From positions 1,826,017 through 1,890,016 of the forward strand of contig RHPI01003369.1 in the NCBI GenBank assembly GCA_009103225.1: a stretch of DNA of 64,000 nt, written 5' to 3'. The notes under the pieces are model-generated. The model searched no databases and was not told the origin of the DNA. It saw nothing but the letters and a program-made list of their open reading frames with translations. Shown here in pieces: positions 13,699-23,972 of this stretch; the first letter of the stretch is position 1, and the number at the start of each line of letters is the position of its first letter. Made by a program: the position numbers and the translations under genes. This DNA is from Chlorokybus atmophyticus. Lineage: Eukaryota > Plantae > Mesostigma and Chlorokybus algae.

Positions 13699-16600
13699 CT
13701 ATAGCAACCTTGTCTCCACACCCGCTTCAACTAAATGCTCTTTGACGGTAGCTATGGAAACCTGATATGTGGTCATTGTGTTGGTAATAAGCACAACTTG
13801 AGCGATCGGTCATGCACGCAACAACGAGAGCAACAAGTACAAGCACAAGCACAAGCAGACCTACCTCTCTTCTATGGAAGATGCCGGCAGCAAGCGCAGC
13901 AGCCGCTTCCGTCTGCTCAAACACTTGAGAAAAGTGCTCCGGCGTGCCCGCGCCACTGCTCGCGATGACCGGTATCGTTACAGCGTCTGATATCAACTTG
14001 ACAAGCTCCGTATCAAACCCTGTTCACAGGAGCAGTGAAAGATTAGAATCAGCTCTAAGTCCTATCACACAGTCAAGCAAAGAGTGACAGACAACAGCAA
14101 ACCAACAACAACTGACCTGTGCCTTTGCCATCCATATCAATGCAATTGAGTAGTATCTCTCCCGCGCCGAGCTCCTCCACGGCGATAGCGAGCTCGTAGG
14201 CACCAATATCACGGCCCTCTCTTCCCCCGGACACCGTGCACTGATACCACACGTACTCCTCGCCGTTGGGTCCGGGCCGCGCGGTCTTGATGGTGTGGTG
14301 TGGGATCTCGCTCGGGTCCTTCACGTACACCCTGCGCGGGTCGATGCTCACCACCACAGCCTGGTTACCGTACACGTAAGATATCTGCTCCAGGCTACTC
14401 GCGCCCGTCTTCACGCCCGTCTTGATAAACTCCTCGGCTGTAAAAACAGCGTCGCTACCTATCGATATCTTGTCCGCACCCGATCGGAAATACTCTGCTG
14501 CGACCTCCAAACTAGTATAGTGTCTGCAACAGAAAACCAACATCAACAAGAGCAACAAGCAAGTCAGTGAGCAAGCAACCACATGGGTAAGTTGTGTCCC
14601 TTGGATAGGACAACGTACGCACAGTTGCGCACAATCAACCCACGTACACAACAAGCACGCGTGCATCATACCTGCCGTTTGCATCGGTAAAGTCGCGGAT
14701 GCCACCTCCAACGGTAAGAGGCACGAACACGTTCTCAGACGTGCGCTGCAGGACTTCGAGCATGGGGAGGTCGCCTAGGGGGAAATCCCTGAACCCGGTG
14801 ATGTTCAAGAAGGTGACCTGTTTTGGTACCACAAAAACAGTAGGTCATACATCAACAGCAGGTGTGGTTGTCAATTGCAAGAGACGTGTGTACATAATTT
14901 TGTGTGGTATGACATAAAAACACAGGTCTCGACACTTGGGCGAACTAAACGCAACCAAGGGGATCGCATACAGCTCAACGATGATGCTATCACTGTGTCA
15001 AACACCCGATACAATGTTCACAAACATGCACGCAGTCTGTACATATAATACACAAATGATTTTATACAAATGTAGACATGAACCTTATACCCCAGCAAGA
15101 CTCCTTACCTCGTCGGCGCCTTCCTGGAAGTACCTTCCCGCCAGCTCGACCGGTTTCCCCAGGTTGCGCACCTCCTTCTCGCCGTGCGTCTCGCGGACGT
15201 CATACGAGTCTCCTTTGGTGACGACGAGGTCGCCGTCATCGTTGCTGCGGACGTCCAGGCACGCGATCACGCGCTTGGCAAGACGCGTCGCGGGGGGACC
15301 CTTGCGCTGGCTATGAGATGTTTCGAAACCGTTGAGGGTGGTGTGGCCCTCCGAACCGGCAAGGAACCTGTGTGAAGGTTGGTGTTGCTGACTTTGCGTA
15401 GGCAGACTGCTATGCGCGTGCACGTGCGCACGCAGATGCATGCGTGGGTGTATGTATGTCTGGGTGTGCGCATGTGTGTGCAAGACCGAGCTCCATGTCA
15501 CAATTGTGCGCGTGTGCATGTCTGTGTGGATGCATGCATGCCGAGTGGATGCGTGCGCGTGCGTGTGTGCGCGCAAGTGTGATAAAGCTCATCCCTGCCA
15601 TTGCAAGTTTCACTCATGCACCTGCCGACGATGTCGAGGCCGACAATGCCGCTCTTCTCGGGGTGAAACTGCGTGGCATACACCTCGCCGCGGTTGACTG
15701 CACTGACGAAGTCGTACCCGTAGTGCGTTGTCGCCAACACCCACTCCTCATTCTCCGCTGACTGTCAAGACAACACTTCCATGTAGCGAACAACGATGGC
15801 ATGGCCTCTCCTTTCTAACTGTTGTGTCACTTGGGGAACGAGTGGGGTGTGGTCAATGCAAGTGTTGCTTGCGTACACCACATGACACACACGCGCCACA
15901 TGATGTTGATGCTAATGTAATAACGCACGCACAGACACACACACATACCACTACTAGGTAGCAAAAAGTACTGAGTTCAGAAGCACAGCCTAAACCATTC
16001 TTGTTACGCGGCACTCACCGCGGACGCATGGTACGAGTGCACAAAGTACACGTGGTTCCCATCCACCCCATCCAGCAGTTGACTCTCCCTGATTGGTTTC
16101 AGTCCGTTCCATCCGATGTGCGGCACACGCAACCCATGATCGGAGCGGGGGAAGCGCACGATGCGGCCGGGGATGACGCCCAACCCTTCCACGCCGCCGT
16201 TCTCCTCACTGCCGTCGAACAGCAACTGCATGCCGAGACAGATGCCGAAAAAGGGCTTGTTGGAGCGGATGTAGTCCTTCAAGGGCTCGGCGTACCTGTG
16301 GTGAGAGGAGTCAACGCACATAAGGGCATATGCACACATGCGCACGCGCATATATGTGCACACGCAGATGAGCGCGCGCATGCTTACGTGTGTATATGCA
16401 TACGAATAAGCACATTGGTAATGGTTGTTTGAATGGTGCTATGAGTATGAAGTACACTCATAGCACTGCCCAGCTGGTGAAGTGTGAGTGCAAGAGTGCG
16501 CACAGGAAAAGGATATGCGTGCTTGTTGTGTGGCATGTGCACTTCTCACCCTTTTCTGACTATGACATCCATCGCGGCAGCAAATGCACCAACACCCGGG

Positions 16601-17216
16601 AATATCAGCCTTTCTGCACTGGCAATGTCCTCTGGCTTCGTGACCTACACACCAGTCATATCACGGAAACAGCCAGTCAAGGCAAGAAAAGACACACATG
16701 AGCTTAAAACCAGACAATAACACAAGAGTAGTACTCAATTACCTCCCGGACTTGGTAACCCAAATGCTTGATAGCGTTGCGCAGGCTGCGGACATTGCCG
16801 GCGCCATAATCCAGCACTGTCACCTCTGCGGACGCATGTTGAGTTACTGCATTGTTGAAGACGAGTGTGTCAACATAACAACAGGCTGCAATAGGAGGAG
16901 CAGGACAGCATGCACTAGGCTTGGTGTTTGAAACTGACTTCAGCTTGTCAAAGTAATACAGAGAAACCACAAGCATAAGCAGCGAAATTGTTATACTATG
17001 ACATGATACAGAAGAACGCAAGACAGTACCTTTGCTACTGCTGCTTGTGCTGCACACCACAGGTGAGGCTGCTCTGCTGCCACCGCCGCCGCTGCTGTTT
17101 CGTGTACTCCTCCGCCGCAGCTGCTGCAGCTCGTCGTTACCACAACGAGACGACGACGCCGAGCCGGCCAGCAACCTCTCCGACCCCGCCAGCAACGCCG
17201 CCGCCGCCGCCGCCAT
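13699..17216 (-). CDS. HISN4: Bifunctional imidazole glycerol phosphate synthase HisHF with plastid-type N-terminal presequence
   Basis: Exons 17030-17216, 16743-16846, 16550-16644, 16019-16295, 15622-15761, 15109-15367, 14672-14817, 14117-14523, 13865-14019, 13699-13761. HisH motifs: [39 protein letters not shown]. HisF motifs: [34 protein letters not shown]. Ala/Ser/Arg-rich 62-aa leader. Confidence 0.97.
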
Positions 17217-17401
17217 CCGCCACCGCCGCCGCAAAGCTGATATCCACTTTGCTATAAGATAGTATTCTGTTTGATTCTGTCTGTTTTTGGTGGTGAAGAT
17301 ATCGGCGCTGGGCGGCGGGGTGGCTGAGGGGGTTGCTGGCGTAGGGAGAATGGGATAAGTGGCGGCAGCGGAAGCCGCTACGCAGTGTTGTTGCCGTAGC
17401 C

Positions 17402-17905
17402 ATGGCCGCAGGGGAGCTGGTGGCGGAGCGTCGCCGCCGCCTGGAGGCGCTCCTCCTGGGCAACGCCCTGGCCGACTCCATGACGCTGAGGAGCTTCGCC
17501 CAAGCTTTCCCAAGACACACCAGGCAGGCTTACTACTCTGATCTGATCAGTAAGACACACAGTCTGCCTTGCGTGTTACTTAGCCGTATGACTGATTATT
17601 GTTGTTTGTAGGGGTTCCAGGGAGGTGCGGCTCCTGCACGGGGTGTACCTGCAGCACCGAGGGGAGATTAGGGCGCAGGTGAAGACAATGGTTGACAAGG
17701 AGTGTGCGCCCATCACGAAGGTGCGAGAGACAGTGTGGCCATGCACGCACAAAGGCACAAACAAACACACGCACACACATATGTGCACATGTGTGTGCGT
17801 GTGTTTGTTTGCAGACTCACACACGGGCGTGCACATGCACATGCATATACACACATGCATGCACGTCCGCAAGCACCAGGTAGACTGGCAAACAGCTGCG
17901 GGCAT

Positions 17906-17963
<58 letters not shown>

Positions 17964-18496
17964 CGACAATGAGCGCAACCGCTCACGCTGTCGGACAATG
18001 TGGCTCAAGGTTGTTGGTANAACACATACACGCACGCGCGTACACAACAGTTTGTATTTGCAATGCAGCTGTGGCATGGTGCAGGATGTGGGCGACTGCA
18101 GCATTGAGGAGGCCATTGCCAGGCTGGAAGCGCTCGAGAACAGTGCGAAGGCTGAGCTGCGCAGGCATCAAGCTGCCACTGAAGCCATCAAGAAGCAACT
18201 AGACAGGTGTGTACTGTAGTGGCTATTGCACGACACATAGCAGCACTCTAGTCCAGTCATACTTGAGCGTAATTGTGATATGAACGCTTGTGCAGTGTTG
18301 TTGGTGCACTCGACGAGTTGCCGCAGCCCGAGGTGGTGTCGCCGGAGCTGATGAAGGAGGATGCCAAGCTGCAGGTGCATTGCTTTTGTGTGTTTTGTTT
18401 GTTTGTATGTATGTTTATTCGTTTGTCATGTTCTTACCCTCTTCTCCCTGGCGTTACGGTCATGGAATTGACACACAGGCTATGCTCGGTCAATGA
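17402..18496 (+). CDS. Small (about 149 aa) Cnl2/Nkp2-like kinetochore protein; Nnf1/PMF1 is the alternative
   Basis: Exons 17402-17523, 17612-17720, 18085-18206, 18296-18374, 18479-18496; intron 1 needs a GC donor (AG|GCAGGC) to keep phase. Product: MAAGELVAERRRRLEALLLGNALADSMTLRSFAQAFPRHTRGSREVRLLHGVYLQHRGEIRAQVKTMVDKECAPITKDVGDCSIEEAIARLEALENSAKAELRRHQAATEAIKKQLDSVVGALDELPQPEVVSPELMKEDAKLQAMLGQ. It resembles, from memory, the Cnl2_NKP2 pattern L..F...FP...R....IR.LY....QR....V..NI..E and C-terminal VG.LSDL. The gene model is firmer than the family call. Confidence 0.6.
17908..17960. repeat. 53-nt poly-C homopolymer in intron 2 of the Cnl2/Nkp2-like gene
   Basis: Counted directly; exact length may be an assembly artefact. 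Confidence 0.85.
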
Positions 18497-20235
18497 CATT
18501 GGGAAACACACATCATGCACATGAGGCCCACAGCTCGTGGACGGGACCGAGACTGCACATTCAGGTGCATGGAAGGGGTGCAATATGAGAAATATCAGAA
18601 ATGAGCAGCCAACAAGTTGTTGGCTTATGCTAGCACGAGTTGTTGGGGTTGGGCCAAGTCTTGGAGGCAAAGCAACTTTGGGTCTATGCTGCGCAACAAA
18701 CCGGGTCCATGCCTTTTTTCCAAGTAGCACAATCCTTGTGCATCATATACGACAAGGGTCACAAAGTGTGCTTCATCTCACTAAAATACCTGCATACATG
18801 CAAGTTGAGTAACATAGTAGAGTTGTCAAGTAGAGTTATCAAGCTTTCTTTAGCGTACTATTTATGCTTTATCACTAGTGAACGTGTATATTATAAGTAT
18901 AGGCATAGGTATAGGTATGTTGTAGGTACTCATTAATATCATTTAATGAATATTGTTTTCGCATTTCCCTTGTTCAACACATCTTGCTTCAACCCCTCTC
19001 TCTGTTTATATGTTTCAAGCACTTTATACGTGAGCAATTAAGATGGAGGCTAAAAAGTAGTTAATCAAGAGTATTATACATTTGTTTTTATGTGTTTACA
19101 TTTGTATGTATGAAGGGATAGGGTCGAGGTAGGGGTAGCGCCATAGGGATACTAGCGCTAGGAATATGGGTAGGGATTATAATAAGCATGGCATATGCAT
19201 AGGCACCCCACATCAGTTTGATGTGACCTTTTATATCAAGAGTTTATATCAATTATATACCTCTCGACAATTAACTCCGACTAGACATCGACCCTACAGA
19301 TAGGGTAGTTAGGAAATCTAGCGTGAGCCAATCACAGCTTCGATAAGGTACCTATCAAAAGATACCTATTGTAAGGTACCTAACAAGATAGTGATCACAT
19401 TTTACCAAATGTGACATTAAATAGGCTTGAATAAGCGGTTTTACATCCATTGGGACTTATTTAAGATATGATAAAGCATCATAGCTTTAAATAAGCGAGG
19501 AACCGTAAAAAGAGGTATAAATAAGCAATTTATATACTTGTCCATACAGAATGTGTTACTTAGGTAGCAATAATACCCCTATTATTATTGCTCCCGTTAC
19601 AATTATCAACAATACTTGAGTGTCATTATGGCACATGCCAATTGTAGAAGCTCAAATATTATTCATGCAATTATACTGACAATTTGCTGATTCCCATAGC
19701 AAACATATCTCGTTATCCCTATGTCTACCCCATAAGTACTATCCTTCAAGGCTAGGGATAGGGAAAAGTTTTCCCTGTCTCTAGCCCTATCCCTATCTCT
19801 ATTACCATCACTATATCAACATCACATGCAAGCTAGGGTACCGCGCGGAACACACGGCGCTATCACTATTCCTATCCTGCACTATTAACAGTACGCCGAC
19901 TGTAGGGTACCGCGCGGAACGGTAGCAAAACAACGACGCACACGCAGCGGGCGCCAATTATCGCTGTACGGCAACACCTTCAACCAGCCCTGTTGCGCAG
20001 TGAATCGACGTAGTCGATAACTGACCAAAAACACAAAGTGACTGAAACGCCGACAAAGCCGGGTACCTTGCATCATTGACAGCCTAAAGAAGTTAACTTG
20101 GTTAACAATGAGCACAACAATTTGCAAGCATCTTCAAAAGTGAAATTGATAGCATGATGTGTTGCGCTTCTGAGTTTATGTAAGTTCATGAATCATGATA
20201 GTCATAATGTTATGCTTGAATTGAGAAAACTAGTT

Positions 20236-22105
20236 GTGCGGCTGTTTGGTCGGGCCGGCCAGCCGGCCCGCACATAACACAAGTATCTCCACACGACGAA
20301 GGGCCATCGCTGGCCCATCACAGATAGGCACCCGCGACTGGCGGGCTGCGCGGCAGTACGCGTCCCGCATTGGTGAATGTAAACCCTCCTTTGTACTTTG
20401 TAAGGCATGTTAAGGTTTATGATACGAGTGCACGCTTAGCATGGTGCCACTCTGCAAACATGTACGAGCTCCTAACATTTGCCATTGATGCTGCATAAAC
20501 ATATGCGCATGTAACCACAAATGCGATGCAGGCATATAAACTAGCGGTGCGGCTGATTGGGCGGGATTGGGCCGACCGGTCAGCCGGGAGGCCGGCATTA
20601 GGGCACAAAGACACATCACGCGCACTGAGGGCCATCACACACGGCACCCGAGACTACATGCCTACCGTGCATACCGAGCAGCCCGCCTGCCTCTCATTGG
20701 CTATGCGACGTTTATCAGCTATCAGCCATTCGATTTGTGTTAAACAAATCTCAACCTTCCAAAGCACATCCCCATATCGTGCAATTGCACAAAGTATACG
20801 CGAGTGAATAAAAGAATCCATTCATTTTGAGCACAACTGCACGGTGCACATATGCCTCATGTTTGCGTTGTACAGTCCACCCCCGCTAAAAGACTTTGCT
20901 CCAAGAGAATAACCCCGCTTGTAGCATACGTTCCGAGATCACCAACGATGCTACAGGCAAATGTTAGTGCTTAAGAGAATATGACTAACCGCGAAGAGCA
21001 TATTATTTTTTATGACATTTTTGCAAATGTTTGTGTGCGTATTTTTAACATTGAGGGAGTAGCGCGTGACGGGTGTGTCATCAGGCGTAATGAGTGTGAT
21101 AGACAAGGCGTGATGGGTACAGTGTCACGCGTAATTAGCGTAATGAGCGTGATGGCATAATACGTGACGTAATGCGCGTGATATAATGGGCGTGATGGGC
21201 GTATTGAACTGCTTTATACCATACAAATGCTCTTAATGTTTAAGAGCATATTATGCTCTTCTTAACGCCAAGAGCATAACCCCGCCAGGAGCAAACTATC
21301 TTTGAAAACAAACAGCATGCTCTTAAAAAGGGTAGACTGTACAATAAATGTTTCAATGTACTTAGATACGACCATTATGTACCTTAACTGTACAGTCTAC
21401 CTCCGCTATAAAAATCACGTGTATCTTCATTCCATCAACGGGGTTATTCTCCTGGCGTTTGCAATAATATATACTTTTTGAATTTTACATATTATATATT
21501 TTACTAACTAAAATAACCGTAAGCCACGTTATTATGTTTTAACGTGGCATAGATTAAATTGAGAGTAATCAACAGTAAGTTAATTATGTCCGTAACTATA
21601 TATAAGTCTTGTAATATGGTTATGCTTATAATATTTAAATAAACATGCCATTAACGAGGTATTCCCCCGTAACAAGACTGAGCTCACACAAAATTTTAAC
21701 CCTTCGTTGTAGTCTTGTAGCGTACAAAACTATTCCACTAACCAATGATATTGTAAAACCATTGAGTTTTGCAAATCTATGATCTCAACGGGGTTATTTT
21801 CATAAACCGAAGTCTTTTAACGGGGGTAGACGATATAGTCTACCCCCTTTTGTAAGAGCATACTGTTATCCTAAAAAAATTGTATGCTCTTGGCGACTAA
21901 GAGCATAATATGCTCTTGAACGTTAAGAGCATATATATGCTATAAGCGCAGATTCATTACGCCCATCACGCCTATTGGTCGGGCCGGCCAGTCGGCATTC
22001 AACCTACATCACACATCCCGCGCTGGGGCCATCACACGGCACCCGCGACTGCCGGGCTGCGCGGCAGTATGTGCGGCCCGCCTGCTTCTCATTGGCTAGG
22101 CGGCG
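20236..22105. repeat. Three dispersed copies of a 130-160-bp GC-rich repeat (about 20236-20373, 20547-20712, 21973-22105)
   Basis: Shared blocks TTGGTCGGGCCGGCCAG, GGCCATCACAC..GGCACCCG(C/A)GACT, GCGGGCTGCGCGGCAGTA and CTCATTGGCTA. Confidence 0.75.
20873..21972. mobile_element. Cluster of nested Tc1/mariner (pogo/Tigger-like) non-autonomous element ends
   Basis: TA|CAGTCCACCCCCGCTAAAAGACTT...AATAACCCCG at 20873 pairs with CGGGGTTATT...AAGTCTTTTAACGGGGGTAGAC ending at 21833. Further CAGTCTACC-type ends, all TA-flanked, at 21339 (reverse), 21393 and 21836. Segment 21185-21339 is an inverted copy of 21836-21972 (AAGAGCATA repeats). Confidence 0.7.
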
Positions 22106-23972
22106 AGAACTAGCGTTACACCGTTAGATCTGCCTAAACACAATCGTGGCCGTCCAAAGCACATTCAATTATAAAAGCGCATGCCAATAAATGTAAAAAT
22201 AAGCACGGTTTTGCATACGTGGCCGCTGATGGCTGCATGTTGAGAATTTTAACGTGTTACATTCATAATATTGATAAATATGGTGCAATATGGTGCAATA
22301 TGGTGCAATATGGAGTTAAGTTACAAAACTTGAGCCAACGTAACGCTTACGCCATGGTACGTGCTGCGAAATTTAATAAGTAATGCCGCGGTTACAAACA
22401 TCGAAATAATGCTAACCTGAATTACCTTAACGTTAAGATTCAACTAAACGAAAAATTGCATCGTCAGGCCACCATTTGGTCACGCATAAGATTGATTAAA
22501 TGGGATCGCAACGGCGACAACAGCCGTTGCCAAAAAAGGCAGCGAAATGGCCAATCATTGCATGAATCCGTAAAACATGCTAAAAACTATCTCAGCGGCA
22601 ACTGCTTACCAACGGCGAACCAAAATCGCTAGGGATTCAATGCAATTGCAGCAATGTTAGTGATAAAAACGGCCGCGTTTTTGGTGGTACGAGGTCGGGG
22701 CAGGCCCCATACCCCAAGACATGCCGCCACTACTGACCCTCGTTCTAATTCACTTTACCATGTAACGTTAATTGATTGATTACACGATATAGTACTGCAT
22801 CATCAAACATGGTCAACAGCCGAATTAGGGGGGCAGTAGTGATAGGGTAGGCGTAGTGGGTAGGTAGCATGCAAGCGCATGCTTTAGCCTAGCGGTCGTC
22901 AATTCAGTAAGTGGTTGTGAGATGGTTGTGGCATGGCGTGTTCATGGACGAGTTGTACTTTGCATCTTTTGTACACTTTTCATGAAAGCCTGCCTACCGG
23001 TATCTTAAGAAATACTTTTTATCCTAAGCTACAGTGATAGTAAGCAACTTTATGTTGCTCAAGCTTACGCATCCCTTTGAAAGTAGTAAAGCCAACCCAG
23101 AACCATGTTGTTATGGTATTCCGTAACTTCAGCTGGGCGTGCTTTTGTACTTTCTGCCGCACTTGTACTCCACACATATACCTCGCCAAGCCAGGCCAGG
23201 CCGGCGCAGGCGGGGGCAGTACAGGCAAAGGGACGTGTAAAGCAGTAGATAGTCACTCTTACTGATCCAAGCACAGCACATACCCGCCGCTTGACGGACA
23301 GAAAGCAACTTTGTAGGTGGGTTGTCTTTGCCAGCAGCTCCATGCATGACTGTCATTCAACGCATGCACCTGATGATGTCTGTGCACGGCTCCTAGCCAT
23401 GCTTGACGCTTGTGCTGGGTGTGAAAACCCTTGCAACAGCGTTGTCTCAACTCCTGTGCGTTCTGTTATCCATCGTGCGGAGGTTTGTTATGTGCTCCTT
23501 GTGAACTGCGGCAGGGTTTTAAGCTGGGCGTCCACACGTCTTTGCTTACTTGCTTGTTGACAATGTGTACGCCTGCTTTGTCTCTGTAGTCTGCTGGTCT
23601 GTTAGCCTTTGGCACAGTCATTGCTGGCTTGCGTGCGTGTGTGGATGTGCAGTTTATCACAGACCAAAACAAGCTCAGGTCAGCTGCTACTTCGGCCAGG
23701 AAACCTGGTAAACTTGCTCAGCTGTGCAGTTGTTACTCAACTACATTAACCATGTATATGTAATGCATGTGGTTATAGCTAGGACATGTCCGTTCATTCA
23801 CGCGGCATAGGCAGCTTCATGACTTACATCAAGGTCGTAGTGTGCTTGCTGCTCAAGGTCGTAGTGTGCCAGCCAAGTCAGTTGTACACCTTGACACCTG
23901 AAGTCGTTGTGCACAACATGCATAACATGCATTCAACGTGCATGCAGGCTGGCTGCTGCTGCTCAGTCATCC

